Below, piece by piece: positions 1-12,087 of a DNA stretch of 64,000 nt. Position 1 is the stretch's first letter; every line of letters starts with the position of its first letter. The notes below the pieces were generated by a model, which was given only the letters and a program-made list of their open reading frames with translations, searched no databases and was not told where the DNA came from. Origin of the DNA: Gammaproteobacteria bacterium (GTDB lineage Bacteria; Pseudomonadota; Gammaproteobacteria; JBCCGL01); contig OZ255836.1 in the NCBI GenBank assembly GCA_965277715.1, positions 896,001 to 960,000 on the forward strand, in the 5' to 3' direction. Position numbers and translations under genes: made by a program.

Positions 1-453
1 TTCAAACGGGTTATCGATATCAACCTGGTCGGTACTTACAATATGCTGCGTCTGGCCGCAGCGCAGATGATGGAACAGACACCGCTGGATGATGCGGGTG
101 AGCGTGGTGTAATCATCAACACCGCTTCTGTGGCCGCGTTTGAGGGGCAAATTGGACAATCGGCATACAGTGCTTCAAAGGGTGGGGTTGTCTCGCTGGG
201 GTTGGTGGCGGCGCGTGAATTTGCCAGTAAAGGCATTCGCGTGATGACTGTCGCGCCGGGCTTGATTGGCACCCCGATGTTGACGGGGATGCCGCAGGAG
301 GTGCAGGACAGCCTGGCCAGTCAGGTGCCGTTTCCTTCACGCTTTGGCCGAGCCGATGAGTTTTCTGCGCTGGTCACACACATCTGTGAAAATCAGTTGC
401 TCAACGGTGAGGTGATTCGCCTGGATGGTGCGATCAGAATGGGGCCGAAGTAG
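1..453 (+). CDS. SDR family 3-hydroxyacyl-CoA dehydrogenase type II-like (5' end outside window)
   Basis: Motifs [24 protein letters not shown] (YxxxK) and [14 protein letters not shown] are typical of the HSD17B10-like family; the frame is open from base 1. Confidence 0.85.
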   Translation, partial: FKRVIDINLVGTYNMLRLAAAQMMEQTPLDDAGERGVIINTASVAAFEGQIGQSAYSASKGGVVSLGLVAAREFASKGIRVMTVAPGLIGTPMLTGMPQEVQDSLASQVPFPSRFGRADEFSALVTHICENQLLNGEVIRLDGAIRMGPK

Positions 454-573
454 TGGTCTTTCTGTTGTAGCCGTTAGTTGTAAAGCGAATATCGACCACG
501 CTTCATTGTTGGTGGTGTGTTATAATTTTAAAGTTTGCAACAAGCGATTCGGATTGCCGAGATAACACACCCA

Positions 574-3156
574 ATGACTGAGTTTGCCAAAGAAATACTC
601 CCTGTAAGTATCGAGGATGAGATGCGCCAATCGTATCTCGATTACGCGATGAGCGTGATTGTGGGCCGTGCTCTGCCGGATGTGCGCGATGGCTTGAAGC
701 CTGTTCACCGCCGCTCGCTGTACGCAATGCACGAGCAGAATAACGACTGGAACAAACCCTACAAAAAATCCGCACGTATTGTCGGTGATGTAATGGGTAA
801 ATACCACCCGCACGGTGACTCGGCGATATACGACACCATCGTGCGTATGGCACAGCCGTTTTCATTGCGCTATATGTTGGTCGACGGGCAGGGTAACTTT
901 GGCTCGGTCGATGGCGATAATCCGGCGGCGATGCGCTATACCGAAATTCGCATGGCCAGGATTGCCCACGAGCTGATGGCCGATATTGACAAGGAGACGG
1001 TCGATTTCTCACCCAACTACGATGAATCTGAGTACGAACCACGCGTACTGCCGACGCGCATCCCCAATCTACTGATCAATGGCTCGACGGGCATCGCGGT
1101 CGGTATGGCCACCAATATCCCACCGCACAACCTCAGTGAGGTGGTGCGTGCAACACTGGCGTTGCTGGATAACCCGGCGCTGGAAGTGGCCGATTTAATC
1201 GAGCACCTGCCTGGCCCGGACTTTCCCACCGCCGGTATTATCAATGGCGCACGCGGTATCCGCGAAGCCTACCGCACCGGGCGTGGCCGTATTTATGTGC
1301 GTGCCAGGGCGCAGGTTGAAACCGACAGGAAAACCGGCAGGGAAAAGATTATCGTTACCGAGCTGCCCTACCAGGTGAATAAAGCCCGTTTGCTGGAGAA
1401 AATAGCGGCGTTGGTAAAAGAAAAACGCATTGAAGGCATTAGTGAAATGCGTGACGAATCAGACAAGGACGGCGTGCGCATGGTGATCGAATTGCGCCGT
1501 GGTGAGATGGGCGAAATTATGCTCAATAACCTCTATCAACAGACGCAACTGCAAACCGTTTTTGGTATCAATATGGTGGCCTTGATCGACGGCCAACCTA
1601 AGCTGTTGAACTTGAAACAGGTACTCAGTGCCTTTATCCGCCACCGCCGTGAGGTGGTGACACGCCGCACGCTGTTTGAATTGCGCAAGGCCCGCGAACG
1701 CGCCCATGTGTTGGAAGGGCTTGCGGTTGCCCTGGCCAATATCGACCCGATTATCGAATTGATTAAAACCTCTTCCAACCCGGCTGAGGCCAAGCAGGCG
1801 CTGATAGCGCGCCCCTGGGAGATGGGCATGGTCACGCCGATGTTGGAGCGTGCCGGTGCCACCGCCTCCCGCCCCGAGGAGCTAGGGGATGAGTACGGCG
1901 CGCAGGATAACGGTTATCACCTGTCACCCGCTCAGGCCCAGGCCATTCTGGAGTTGCGGCTGCACCGTTTAACCGGCCTTGAGCAGGACAAAATTGTCAG
2001 CGAGTTTTCCGACATTCTGCAACGCATTGCCGAGTTATTGGAGATTCTCGAAAACCCAGTGCGCCTGACTGAGGTTATCCGCAGTGAGCTGGAGGCCATC
2101 GTTGAGCAGTATGGCGATCAACGTCGCACTGAAATTATGGCACAGCACTCCGATTTGACCGTTGAAGACCTAATCAGCGATGAAGATGTTGTGGTCACCC
2201 TGTCGCACGCGGGTTATGCCAAGGCACAACCCCTGTCAGATTACGCAACGCAGCGACGCGGTGGGCGCGGCAAGTCCGCCACCAATATGAAGGAAGAGGA
2301 TTTTATCGATAAGCTGTTTGTCGCCAGCACCCATGACACGGTGCTGTTTTTTACCAGCGTTGGCAAAGTGTACTGGAAAAAAGTCTACGATCTGCCACTG
2401 GCCAGCCGTGGTGCGCGGGGTAAACCCATTATTAATTTATTGCCCCTGGAAGTGGGTGAGCGCGTTAACGCGGTTCTCACTGTGCGTGACTTTCCAGAGG
2501 ATCAATTTGTATTTTTTGCCACCAGCAAGGGCGTGGTAAAGAAAACGCCGTTGTCAGATTTTTCACGCCCGCGCAGCAACGGCATTATCGCGCTCGACCT
2601 GCGCATCGATGACTACCTGGTCGATGTCGCTCTGACTGATGGTAACCGCGATATTATGCTGCTCTCCAGCGGTGGGCGGGCGATGCGTTTCAACGAAAAT
2701 GAAGTGCGTAAAATGGGCCGTACAGCGGCCGGTGTACGCGGTATTCGTATGCCGGAATCGCAATCCTTGATTGAGTTGATCGTGGTGGAAGAGGGTGCCC
2801 AGGATGTCGAGGTGTTGACCGCGACCAGTAATGGCTACGGCAAGCGCACAGCCATTGGCGATTACCCGTGTAAGGAACGTCGCGGTGGGCAGGGGGTTAT
2901 CGACATAAAAGTGAGCGATAGAAATGGCTCGGTGGTCGGTGCAACGCTGGTGAGCGATGGCGATGAGGTGATGTTGATTTCCAATACAGGCACCCTGATT
3001 CGCACAGCGGTCAAAGATATATCGCGGGTTGGCCGCAACACCCAGGGCGTGCGTTTGATTCGTCTGGGTGAGGATGAAAAACTGGTTGAAGTCGTCGCGG
3101 TGGCGGCCCTGATAAATGATACGGGTGACGATAATGTTGTTGTCGACGCACAATAA
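574..3156 (+). CDS. gyrA: DNA gyrase subunit A
   Basis: [43 protein letters not shown], catalytic AAMRYTE and GyrA-box QRRGGRG; ATG at 574 preferred over the ORF-track start at 535. Confidence 0.98.
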   Translation: MTEFAKEILPVSIEDEMRQSYLDYAMSVIVGRALPDVRDGLKPVHRRSLYAMHEQNNDWNKPYKKSARIVGDVMGKYHPHGDSAIYDTIVRMAQPFSLRYMLVDGQGNFGSVDGDNPAAMRYTEIRMARIAHELMADIDKETVDFSPNYDESEYEPRVLPTRIPNLLINGSTGIAVGMATNIPPHNLSEVVRATLALLDNPALEVADLIEHLPGPDFPTAGIINGARGIREAYRTGRGRIYVRARAQVETDRKTGREKIIVTELPYQVNKARLLEKIAALVKEKRIEGISEMRDESDKDGVRMVIELRRGEMGEIMLNNLYQQTQLQTVFGINMVALIDGQPKLLNLKQVLSAFIRHRREVVTRRTLFELRKARERAHVLEGLAVALANIDPIIELIKTSSNPAEAKQALIARPWEMGMVTPMLERAGATASRPEELGDEYGAQDNGYHLSPAQAQAILELRLHRLTGLEQDKIVSEFSDILQRIAELLEILENPVRLTEVIRSELEAIVEQYGDQRRTEIMAQHSDLTVEDLISDEDVVVTLSHAGYAKAQPLSDYATQRRGGRGKSATNMKEEDFIDKLFVASTHDTVLFFTSVGKVYWKKVYDLPLASRGARGKPIINLLPLEVGERVNAVLTVRDFPEDQFVFFATSKGVVKKTPLSDFSRPRSNGIIALDLRIDDYLVDVALTDGNRDIMLLSSGGRAMRFNENEVRKMGRTAAGVRGIRMPESQSLIELIVVEEGAQDVEVLTATSNGYGKRTAIGDYPCKERRGGQGVIDIKVSDRNGSVVGATLVSDGDEVMLISNTGTLIRTAVKDISRVGRNTQGVRLIRLGEDEKLVEVVAVAALINDTGDDNVVVDAQ

Positions 3157-3203
3157 AAACGGGCACTGGCTAGTGCCACAATCACGTTAACACCACAGTA
3201 ACA

Positions 3204-4316
3204 ATGAACGACGAACAGGCGCTAGCGCGTATTCGCCAGCAAATCGATAGCATTGATGGCGATATACTGAAACTGATTAACGAACGGGCGCGCTGTGCGC
3301 AGTCGGTGGCTGAGATCAAGCTGCGCACTATCGACACGGCCAGCCCTGCCGATTCCCCCCCCAGCGTTATGTTTTACCGCCCTGAACGCGAGGCGCAGGT
3401 ATTGCGCGAAGTGATGCGACGCAATACCGGTCCATTGGATGATGCCACTGTGGCGGTATTGTTTCGTGAAATTATGTCTGCCTGTCTGGCACTTGAACAG
3501 CCGTTGCAGGTAGCTTATTTAGGCCCTGAGGGCACGTTTACCCAATCGGCGGTGTTAAAACATTTTGGCCATGCGGCACAGATGGTGCCATTGGGTGCAA
3601 TCAACGAGGTTTTTCGTGCTGTCGAGACAGGCGCGGCACGCTTTGGGGTAGTGCCGGTGGAAAACTCTACCGAGGGCGTTATCAACCACACACTGGATCT
3701 GTTTATACAATCGCCATTACAGATTTGTGGTGAGGTGGTCTTGCGCATCCATCACAACCTGGTCGGCTCAGTGAGTGATATTGCGGCGGTAAAGAAAGTC
3801 TTGTCGCACCAACAATCACTGGCACAGTGCCGTAACTGGCTGGACAAATACCTGCCAAATGCCGAGCGCGAGGCCGTCAGCAGCAATGCCGAGGCGGCGC
3901 GGCGAGTGAATGGCTGCGATGATCAGGTGGCTATTGCACCGGCAGCGGCTGCAGAAATCTATCAGCTCAATACACTGGCGGCCAAAATAGAGGATGAGCC
4001 TGACAATACCACGCGTTTTTTGGTTGTTGGTGAACACGCCGTGCCGCCATGTGGTAACGATAAAACCAGCTTGCTGGTATCTACTCACAGCACACCGGGT
4101 GCCCTGTTTAACCTGCTTCAGCCACTGGCGGAGAAGGGCATTAATATGACCCGGATCGAATCCCGGCCATCCAGAAACGGGGTGTGGGAATATGTATTTT
4201 TTATCGACATAGATGGCCACAAAGACAGCGATGCAGTGCGCCCGGCACTGGAACAGCTACGCGGTGAGGCCGCTTTGTTTCGTATTCTGGGTGCTTACCC
4301 AAAGGCTGTGTATTAA
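3204..4316 (+). CDS. pheA: Chorismate mutase/prephenate dehydratase (P-protein)
   Basis: N-terminal CM domain (RQQIDSID...RPERE), VAYLGPEGTF, VPVENSTEG, NTTRF and ACT motif IESRPS. Confidence 0.96.
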   Translation: MNDEQALARIRQQIDSIDGDILKLINERARCAQSVAEIKLRTIDTASPADSPPSVMFYRPEREAQVLREVMRRNTGPLDDATVAVLFREIMSACLALEQPLQVAYLGPEGTFTQSAVLKHFGHAAQMVPLGAINEVFRAVETGAARFGVVPVENSTEGVINHTLDLFIQSPLQICGEVVLRIHHNLVGSVSDIAAVKKVLSHQQSLAQCRNWLDKYLPNAEREAVSSNAEAARRVNGCDDQVAIAPAAAAEIYQLNTLAAKIEDEPDNTTRFLVVGEHAVPPCGNDKTSLLVSTHSTPGALFNLLQPLAEKGINMTRIESRPSRNGVWEYVFFIDIDGHKDSDAVRPALEQLRGEAALFRILGAYPKAVY

Positions 4317-4399
4317 CGGGGAACGTTCTCCACACCCCGTGCGTGGCTACTTGTGCCGTACATAGACACATTAGTAATTCACAATAGGTTTTAAGAGAA

Positions 4400-5512
4400 A
4401 TGACAAATTTGAGTGAACTGGTTACGCCCGGTGTCGCCTTATTGCAACCCTACCAACCGGGTAAACCAGTGGAAGAGCTGGAGCGTGAATACGGCATTGT
4501 CAATGCGCTAAAACTGGCCTCCAATGAAAATCCACTGGGGGCCAGCCCCAAGGCCTTGCAGGCGATGCGGGGCGTGATCGATGCGGTGAACTATTACCCC
4601 GATGCCTACCAGCTAACCGAAAAGCTCGCCAAGTGCATGGGCTGCGATGCATCGTGTATTACCTTGGGTAATGGTTCCAATGATGTGCTCGATATGATTG
4701 CGCGTGCCTTCCTCACACCGCAAAACAATGCGGTTTTTTCTGAACACGCTTTCGCCGTTTACCCGATTGCCACCCGTGCTGTCAGTGCACAGCCCAAGCT
4801 GGTCGCCGCATTACCTGCCGATCACGCGACAGCGCCCTACGGCCACGATTTGGCGGCGATGCGCGCCAGCATCGATACACAAACCCGCATTGTCTTTATT
4901 GCCAACCCGAACAACCCAACGGGCACCTGGCTGGATATGGACGCGGTGAAAGCCTTTGTCGGTGACCTGCCCGATCATGTGATTGCCGTGCTCGATCTGG
5001 CCTATATCGAATATATCGACGGTCTGGCGTTTAATGCCTGTATCGATTGGTTGCAGGACTGCCCAAACCTGGTGATCACCCGCACCTTCTCGAAAATCTT
5101 TGGCCTGGCCGGGGCGCGTATTGGTTATTCGATCTCCAGCCCGGACATTGCCGACTACCTGAACCGGGTACGGCACCCGTTTAATGCCAATGTGCTGGCG
5201 GTTGCCGCCGCACAGGCCGCGCTCGATGATGTCGATTTTCTTAATCAGAGCCGCCGTGAAAACGCAGCGGGTATGCTGGCCTGGGAGCAGGCGTGCAGTG
5301 ATACAGGGATTGGTTTTATTCCCTCTAAAGGCAATTTTATCACCATAGACCTCGGTCAATCGGCGCAGCCGTGTTACGAATCACTGCTGCGACAGGGCGT
5401 GATTGTACGGGCGCTGGCCAATTATGGCCTGCCCAATCATCTGCGCGTAACGATTGGCCGTGAGCAGGACAATGACCGGGCGATTGCGGCGCTGAAGCAG
5501 GCGCTCGCTTAA
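4400..5512 (+). CDS. hisC: Histidinol-phosphate aminotransferase
   Basis: YQPGKP, KLASNENP, NPNNPTG and RTFSKIFGLAGARIGY; conserved position after pheA. Confidence 0.93.
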   Translation: MTNLSELVTPGVALLQPYQPGKPVEELEREYGIVNALKLASNENPLGASPKALQAMRGVIDAVNYYPDAYQLTEKLAKCMGCDASCITLGNGSNDVLDMIARAFLTPQNNAVFSEHAFAVYPIATRAVSAQPKLVAALPADHATAPYGHDLAAMRASIDTQTRIVFIANPNNPTGTWLDMDAVKAFVGDLPDHVIAVLDLAYIEYIDGLAFNACIDWLQDCPNLVITRTFSKIFGLAGARIGYSISSPDIADYLNRVRHPFNANVLAVAAAQAALDDVDFLNQSRRENAAGMLAWEQACSDTGIGFIPSKGNFITIDLGQSAQPCYESLLRQGVIVRALANYGLPNHLRVTIGREQDNDRAIAALKQALA

Positions 5513-6375
5513 TGTCTTCAACGCCTTCGCAGTTGTTGATTATTGGTGTTGGACTGATTGGTGGCTCGTTTGGGCTGGCGTTAAAGGCGGCGAATGCCAA
5601 TGTGGAAATTACCGGCACCGATCGGCGTGTCGATGCGTTGCAAAAAGCGGTTCAGCTCGGTGCAATTGATCGCTATGAAACGGACTTTGCCAAAGCGGCA
5701 GCGTGTGCCGATACGGTGATGTTAGCGGTGCCGATGACAGCGATGCGCACGGTATTGCAGGTTATTCGCCCCGCGCTCAAGGCAACGGCGGTGATTACCG
5801 ATGCCGGTAGCGTTAAGGGTAGCTTTGTCGATGATGCCCGCGAAGTGTTCGGCTGCCTGGATAATATCGTGCCCGGCCACCCGATTGCAGGCACTGAAAA
5901 CAGTGGGGTCGAATCGGCTTTTGCCACCCTATTTGAAAACCGCCGTGTGATTCTGACACCCACCGCAGAGACGTGCACCCACGCCGTTGAGCAGATTAAA
6001 ACACTATGGCAGTTATGCCGGGCCAGCGTTGAATTAATGGGGGTCGATAACCACGATGATGTGCTCGCCGCGACCAGCCATCTGCCGCATGTATTGGCGT
6101 ATTCACTGGTCGATACCCTGCTCGGTTTACCCCAGCACGAAGCTATTTTTCGCTATGCTGCAGGTGGTTTTCGCGATTTTTCCCGTATTGCATCGAGCGA
6201 CCCGACAATGTGGCGGGATATTTGCCTAAGCAACCGCGATAGCCTGTTGTCGGTGGTCGACTGTTTACAGACTAATCTCAGTGGCCTGCGCGAACTTATC
6301 GCCGATGGCGATGGCGAGGCGCTACACACCATTTTTTCACGCACCAAAAATGCGCGAGACAGGCATTACGAATAG
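5512..6375 (+). CDS. tyrA: Prephenate/arogenate dehydrogenase
   Basis: GVGLIGGS Rossmann motif, DAGSVKG, GHPIAGTE, SHLPH and GFRDFSRIASSDPTMWRDI. Confidence 0.92.
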   Translation: MSSTPSQLLIIGVGLIGGSFGLALKAANANVEITGTDRRVDALQKAVQLGAIDRYETDFAKAAACADTVMLAVPMTAMRTVLQVIRPALKATAVITDAGSVKGSFVDDAREVFGCLDNIVPGHPIAGTENSGVESAFATLFENRRVILTPTAETCTHAVEQIKTLWQLCRASVELMGVDNHDDVLAATSHLPHVLAYSLVDTLLGLPQHEAIFRYAAGGFRDFSRIASSDPTMWRDICLSNRDSLLSVVDCLQTNLSGLRELIADGDGEALHTIFSRTKNARDRHYE

Positions 6376-6438
6376 TGCCACGCCCTCTGCAATGGGTACG
6401 ATAAACAACTTTCCACTGTGACTTTATAGAGTTATTCA

Positions 6439-7797
6439 ATGTCAGCATCCACTCAATTTGTTATTACACCGGCCAAACTGTCGTCGACAAAAGGGGCATT
6501 ACAGGGAGAACTCCGTGTGCCTGGCGATAAGTCCATTTCGCACCGTTCGATCATGCTGGCATCTATCGCGCAGGGTGTCTCACACATCAGCGGTTTTTTA
6601 CAGGGCGAGGATAGCCTGAATACGCTGCGGGCGTTTCGTGCAATGGGCGTGAATATTCAGATGCCCTCGCAAGGCGAAGTGATTGTCCAGGGCGTGGGTA
6701 TGCACGGTTTACACCCCCCGGCAGCGCCGCTTTATCTGGGCAACTCGGGTACATCAATGCGCCTGTTGAGCGGTTTAATGGCGGGCCAGTCGTTTGCGGT
6801 TGAGTTGACGGGGGACGCATCCCTGTCGTCCCGGCCTATGCGGCGGGTTACCGATCCACTTGCGCAAATGGGTGCGTGTGTGGAAACCGACGAACAGGGG
6901 CGGCCACCGCTGAAAATATTACCCGGCAAAGTGGGGGATGGACACCCACTAAGCGCGATCGATTACACCCTGCCAATGGCGAGTGCACAGGTTAAATCGT
7001 GTGTGTTGCTGGCGGGTATGTACGCACAGGGCGTTACCCAGGTGCGCGAGCCGGGAGTCACCCGTGACCATACCGAGCGTATGCTGCAGGGGTTTGGCTA
7101 TCCACTGTCCATCCATCGAGGCCATGTCAGTCTCGAAGGTGGGCACGCTTTACAGTGCACTGATATCGATGTACCCGCCGATGTTTCCTCGGCTGCCTTC
7201 TTTATGGTGGCGGCTTCGCTGGTGCCTGGCTCTGATGTGTTGCTCAGGCAGGTCGGTGTCAACCCCACACGCACTGGCGCAATTGATATTTTGCGTTTAA
7301 TGGGGGCCGATATTGTGCTCGAAAACCCGCGCCAGTCTGGCGGCGAGCCGATTGCCGATATTCGCGTGCGCCACGCTAAACTCAAAGGCATTACCATTCC
7401 CGCCGACCTGGTGCCGCTGGCTATCGACGAATTCCCGGTATTGTTTGTAGCGGCGGCGAACGCCGAAGGTGAAACAGTGCTGACCGGGGCGCAAGAATTG
7501 CGCGTTAAGGAGAGCGACCGCATTCAGGCGATGAGTGATGGATTGCAGCAGCTGGGTGCACAGATACAACCTTTGCCGGATGGCGCCATTATTCAGGGGG
7601 GAAAGCGACTCAGTGGCGGTACGGTAGAGAGCTTTGATGACCACCGCATCTCAATGGCATTTGCCGTGGCGGGGTTACTCGCCGATGGTGAGGTCACTGT
7701 GCGCGGTTGCGATAACGTCAGCACCTCCTTTCCCGGCTTTGTTGCGCTCGCCGCAACCATCGGCATGACGATTACCGAAATAAATGAGGTGTACTGA
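6439..7797 (+). CDS. aroA: 3-phosphoshikimate 1-carboxyvinyltransferase (class II EPSP synthase)
   Basis: PGDKSISHRS, GNSGTSMRL, ASAQVKS, RDHTERML, ELRVKESDRI and DHRISM. Confidence 0.97.
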   Translation: MSASTQFVITPAKLSSTKGALQGELRVPGDKSISHRSIMLASIAQGVSHISGFLQGEDSLNTLRAFRAMGVNIQMPSQGEVIVQGVGMHGLHPPAAPLYLGNSGTSMRLLSGLMAGQSFAVELTGDASLSSRPMRRVTDPLAQMGACVETDEQGRPPLKILPGKVGDGHPLSAIDYTLPMASAQVKSCVLLAGMYAQGVTQVREPGVTRDHTERMLQGFGYPLSIHRGHVSLEGGHALQCTDIDVPADVSSAAFFMVAASLVPGSDVLLRQVGVNPTRTGAIDILRLMGADIVLENPRQSGGEPIADIRVRHAKLKGITIPADLVPLAIDEFPVLFVAAANAEGETVLTGAQELRVKESDRIQAMSDGLQQLGAQIQPLPDGAIIQGGKRLSGGTVESFDDHRISMAFAVAGLLADGEVTVRGCDNVSTSFPGFVALAATIGMTITEINEVY

Positions 7798-7800
7798 ACG

Positions 7801-8478
7801 GTGAACGCGCAGGTGCCGGTTATTACTATCGATGGCCCGAGTGGCTCTGGCAAAGGCACCGTTGCGCGCCTGCTCGCGGAACGCTATGGCTTTCACTTGT
7901 TAGACAGCGGTGCGCTGTATCGAATCACGGCGTTGGACGCTGAGCGCCGTGGCGTTGACCTGGACGATGAACAGGCGATTATCGATGTATCACTGTCGAT
8001 GCAGGTGACATTTGCACTGAATCAGGCTGAAGGTGTCTCGGTATTGCTGAATCAGGAGGATGTCACCACCCAGATACGGGCAGAAACCTGTGGTATGAAG
8101 GCATCACGGATTGCCTCAATGCCGGGCCTGCGCGCCGCTTTATTGGATGTGCAACGCCACTTTCGCCAACCCCCTGGGCTGGTCGCCGATGGCCGCGATA
8201 TGGGCACAGCCGTATTTGCCGATGCGCAAATCAAGGTGTTTCTTACAGCGAGTGCAGAACAGCGGGCATTAAGGCGATTTAATCAGTTGAAACAAAAGGG
8301 ATTCAAAACTACAATTGACAGTCTTTTGCGCGAGATATTGGCAAGGGATGAACGCGACCAGAATCGCACCTTGTCACCGTTGCGCGCAGCGGATGATGCA
8401 CATATTCTCGATTCGACGTCAATGACCGTTAATCAAGTCGAAGACAGGATAGTACAAATTATCGATAATCGTTTTTAA
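7801..8478 (+). CDS. cmk: Cytidylate kinase
   Basis: ITIDGPSGSGKGT P-loop, LDSGALYR and DGRDMGT; GTG start. Confidence 0.96.
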   Translation: MNAQVPVITIDGPSGSGKGTVARLLAERYGFHLLDSGALYRITALDAERRGVDLDDEQAIIDVSLSMQVTFALNQAEGVSVLLNQEDVTTQIRAETCGMKASRIASMPGLRAALLDVQRHFRQPPGLVADGRDMGTAVFADAQIKVFLTASAEQRALRRFNQLKQKGFKTTIDSLLREILARDERDQNRTLSPLRAADDAHILDSTSMTVNQVEDRIVQIIDNRF

Positions 8479-8599
8479 ATAGTCTGTGTAGCCCTTATGC
8501 AGATTAACCGTCTGCCCCAGGATGGGGGAGATATTATTAATAACCCAGTGTTGGCAGGACTGCCGTACATTGTGTCACGCTACAGTGGAAACAAAATCA

Positions 8600-10270
8600 A
8601 TGTCTGAATCATTTGCGGAGATGTTCGAAGAGAGCCTCGCACGCACAATTATGCAACCCGGCTCTATCCTGGTCGGTACTGTTGTCGAAATTCGTAACGA
8701 TTACGTTATGGTCAATGCTGGATTGAAATCGGAAGGTGTCATCCCGATTGAACAGTTTTATGCCGAGAGTGGTACGCTGGAAGTGGCTGTCGGCGATACG
8801 GTAGAAGTCGCACTGGATGCTGTGGAGGATGGTTTTGGTGAAACCCGCCTGTCGCGTGAAAAAGCGCGTCGCGTACGCGCCTGGACCATGCTGCAGGAAG
8901 CCAGTGAGGCCGGTGACATTGTCAAAGGTATTATCACGGGCAAAGTCAAAGGCGGTTTTACTGTCGAAATGAGCGATATTCGCGCCTTCCTGCCCGGTTC
9001 GCTGGTGGATGTACGGCCTGTGCGTGATATGTCTTACCTGGAAGGTAAAGAGCTCGAATTCAAAGTGATCAAGCTCGATCAGAAACGCAACAATGTCGTG
9101 GTGTCACGTCGCGCTGTTGTGGAATCTGAATTCAGCGAAGAGCGTGAAAAACTGCTCGAAAACCTACAGGAAGGCCAGGAAGTCGACGGTGTGGTTAAAA
9201 ACCTTACCGATTACGGTGCGTTCCTTGATCTCGGTGGTATCGATGGCCTGCTGCATATCACCGATATGGCCTGGAAGCGGGTCAAGCATCCGTCTGAAGT
9301 CGTTGAAGTTGGCGAAGAAATCAAGGTTAAAGTCCTCAAATTTGATCGCGAGCGCAGCCGTGTTTCTCTGGGCCTTAAACAGCTTGGTGAAGATCCCTGG
9401 GCCGATTTAAAACGTCGCTATCCTGAAAACACCCGTATGTTTGGTAAAGTGACCAATATTGCCGATTACGGTTGTTTTGTTGAAATCGAAGAGGGTGTTG
9501 AGGGTCTGGTGCACGTCTCCGAGATGGACTGGACCAACCGCAATACCAACCCGGCCAAAGTGGTGGCACTGGGCGACGAAGTGGAAGTGATGATTCTGGA
9601 TATTGATGAAGAGCGTCGTCGTATTTCACTGGGCATTAAACAGTGCCAACAAAACCCCTGGGATGAGTTTGCACAAAACTTCAATAAAAATGACAAAGTC
9701 TCTGGCAAGATCAAATCGATCACCGATTTTGGTATTTTTATCGGTCTGGATGGCGGCATCGACGGTTTGATTCACTTCTCTGACTTGAGTTGGAACGACA
9801 CCGCCGGTGAAGAAATTGCCCGCAATTACTCCAAAGGTGATGAACTGGAGGCGGTTGTTTTGGCTGTTGACCCTGAGCGTGAACGCATTTCACTGGGGGT
9901 TAAACAACTGGATCGCGATCCTTTTGGCCAGTATGTCGCGGATAACCCCAAAGGCAGTATTGTTAATGGTGTTGTCACTGAAGTGGAGGCAAAATTTGCC
10001 ACAATAGAACTGACTGAAGATATCGAAGGTGTTTTGCGTGTCAGTGAGTGGTCGCGTGACCGTGTCGAAGACATGCGCAATGAGCTAAAAGTGGGTGAAT
10101 CTATTGAAGCAAAATTTATCGGTATTGATCGAAAGTCCCGAAAAATCCAGCTATCAGTGAAAGCCAAAGACAGCGATGCCGAGGCAGAGGCCATTAGTGA
10201 CTACAGTCAATCGTCAATTGCCCCGGTAACCACACTGGGTGATTTGATGAAAGAACAAATGCAAAAATAA
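8600..10270 (+). CDS. rpsA: 30S ribosomal protein S1
   Basis: Start [12 protein letters not shown] at 8600; six S1 repeats (e.g. [20 protein letters not shown]). Confidence 0.98.
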   Translation: MSESFAEMFEESLARTIMQPGSILVGTVVEIRNDYVMVNAGLKSEGVIPIEQFYAESGTLEVAVGDTVEVALDAVEDGFGETRLSREKARRVRAWTMLQEASEAGDIVKGIITGKVKGGFTVEMSDIRAFLPGSLVDVRPVRDMSYLEGKELEFKVIKLDQKRNNVVVSRRAVVESEFSEEREKLLENLQEGQEVDGVVKNLTDYGAFLDLGGIDGLLHITDMAWKRVKHPSEVVEVGEEIKVKVLKFDRERSRVSLGLKQLGEDPWADLKRRYPENTRMFGKVTNIADYGCFVEIEEGVEGLVHVSEMDWTNRNTNPAKVVALGDEVEVMILDIDEERRRISLGIKQCQQNPWDEFAQNFNKNDKVSGKIKSITDFGIFIGLDGGIDGLIHFSDLSWNDTAGEEIARNYSKGDELEAVVLAVDPERERISLGVKQLDRDPFGQYVADNPKGSIVNGVVTEVEAKFATIELTEDIEGVLRVSEWSRDRVEDMRNELKVGESIEAKFIGIDRKSRKIQLSVKAKDSDAEAEAISDYSQSSIAPVTTLGDLMKEQMQK

Positions 10271-10387
10271 GTCTTTTTAAATAAGTCTTTTTCCAAGAAA
10301 TTTGGCCAGGGACGGCTATATATTAGGTAATGCTATAAAAGTGTGTAGTTCACTGCATTAGAATATTTAACCTGGCTTGTATTACTT

Positions 10388-10687
10388 ATGACTAAATCTG
10401 ACCTTATCGAATTGTTAGCAAAACATCAGAGACATCTCGCACACAAAGACGTGGAGTTGGCAGTAAAAAGCCTTATTGAGCGCATGAGCCAATCACTTGC
10501 AGGTGGTGAGAGGATTGAGGTACGCGGATTTGGTAGCTTCAGCCTCCACTTCAGGCCTGCCAGGATGGGCCGCAACCCAAAATCGGGTTCGGCAGTTGCG
10601 TTGCGTGGCAAATGTGTTCCGCACTTTAAACCGGGAAAAGAACTACGTGATCGGGTTAATCTGGTTAATTCGAAACCCAGTACTTAA
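10388..10687 (+). CDS. ihfB: Integration host factor beta subunit
   Basis: MTKSDLIE...[26 protein letters not shown]...[13 protein letters not shown]; follows rpsA. Confidence 0.97.
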   Translation: MTKSDLIELLAKHQRHLAHKDVELAVKSLIERMSQSLAGGERIEVRGFGSFSLHFRPARMGRNPKSGSAVALRGKCVPHFKPGKELRDRVNLVNSKPST

Positions 10688-10907
10688 GGTTAACCTTCGC
10701 TCATCCTGCCTATAGCGATACGGGATGTATCACGCTCTTGTTGTATAACACTATTATTGTTTAGTTGAGTTTGGTTGAGGCCTGTAAATACTAAAACTTA
10801 CGTTATAATCCCGCTTTATCCTAAGCGCTCATCTGAGCATAGTATGGTTGCTGAATTAATCCCATTTGACTGCCTGGCCAATGGCCGTGTGCATGGCGCA
10901 CCTCCCT

Positions 10908-12077
10908 GTGCTTGAATTTTTATTATTTCTGCTACCCGTCGCTGCAGCGACGGGTTGGTTAGCGGGCAGGAAAGGCGGTATTTTTGGTATAACACGCACG
11001 ATGTTTCATCGCCAGGCACCGGAATATTTTCGCGGGCTGAATTACCTGTTAAACGAGCAACCAGATAAAGCGATTGAGGTTTTCCTGCGAATGGTTGAAG
11101 TGGACAGCGAAACGGTTGAAACACACCTCGCGTTGGGTAACTTGTTTCGTCGGCGTGGTGAAGTTGATCGCGCTATTCATATTCACCAGAACCTGGTGGC
11201 AAGATCAAATCTCTCTGCCAAACTGCGTGGGGATAGCTTATTGGAATTGGCGCGTGACTACCTTAGCGCGGGCCTTTTGGATCGTTCAGAGGCTCTCTTT
11301 AAAGAACTATTTAGCTTGAATATTCATATTCAGGAAGCGTGTTCCAGCCTGATTACCATCTACGAACGCGAGCGTGAATGGCCTATGGCCATCGATATGG
11401 CTAACCAGTTACACCAGAAAACAGGCGAGAGTCGCAACCAGGTGGTTGCCCATTATTATTGTGAAATGGCGGGTGAGGCACTGGCAAAATCACACATAGA
11501 TGAAGCCTGGGATAATTTGCAGAGCGCCCTGTCATTTGATAGTGAGTGCGCCCGGGCTAACATTATGTGCGGTGACCTCGCCTTGAATAGGAATGATTAC
11601 AAGACCGCGAGCCATTGCTACCGTTGTGCTGAACAGCAAGACCCACTGCTGGTGCCGGTAATGGCCGGTAATATGTTTGATTCACTGTTGAAACAAGGTG
11701 ATAACGCTGCGTTACTCGCTTTTATTACCGAGTTGAAAAATAGGGAAAATGATTATTCTATCGTTCACGCGGCGGCGGCTATTGTCGAAGACCTCGATGG
11801 GCAGGAAGCGGCGGAGCAGTTTATAAAAGATGAGCTGTTAAAACGACCAACGCTTAAAGGCCTGCACAAATGGGCCGAAATCGAATTGAAAAAAAGCAAG
11901 AGCAAAGAGAAAGATAAGATACGCGTTATCGTGGATATGCTCGCCAGGGTGATTGAGGAAAGGCCATTATTCCAATGCAAATTGTGTGGCTTTAAGGGTA
12001 AAGATATGCACTGGCAGTGCCCTGGGTGTAAATCCTGGAATAATGTCAAACCGGTTTCATCCATTGGTGCAGAGTAA
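10908..12077 (+). CDS. lapB: Lipopolysaccharide assembly protein B
   Basis: N-terminal TM LLPVAAATGW, YFRGLNYLLNEQPDKAIE, TPR repeats and C-terminal rubredoxin motif CKLCG...WQCPGCKSW; GTG at 10908 fits the family N-terminus. Confidence 0.93.
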   Translation: MLEFLLFLLPVAAATGWLAGRKGGIFGITRTMFHRQAPEYFRGLNYLLNEQPDKAIEVFLRMVEVDSETVETHLALGNLFRRRGEVDRAIHIHQNLVARSNLSAKLRGDSLLELARDYLSAGLLDRSEALFKELFSLNIHIQEACSSLITIYEREREWPMAIDMANQLHQKTGESRNQVVAHYYCEMAGEALAKSHIDEAWDNLQSALSFDSECARANIMCGDLALNRNDYKTASHCYRCAEQQDPLLVPVMAGNMFDSLLKQGDNAALLAFITELKNRENDYSIVHAAAAIVEDLDGQEAAEQFIKDELLKRPTLKGLHKWAEIELKKSKSKEKDKIRVIVDMLARVIEERPLFQCKLCGFKGKDMHWQCPGCKSWNNVKPVSSIGAE

Positions 12078-12087
12078 AGTGCTCGTT

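Noticed and set aside
805-840. Quinolone-resistance substitutions in GyrA
   Set aside because: The QRDR reads [11 protein letters not shown], with wild-type Ser83 and Asp87 equivalents.
8522-8599. N-terminal extensions in the ORF track (rpsA, gyrA, dsrH, cbtB, DUF900, metalloprotease, PAP2, MFS, yadG)
   Set aside because: Downstream starts match family N-termini and/or have clear RBSs; the extensions are longest-ORF artefacts.
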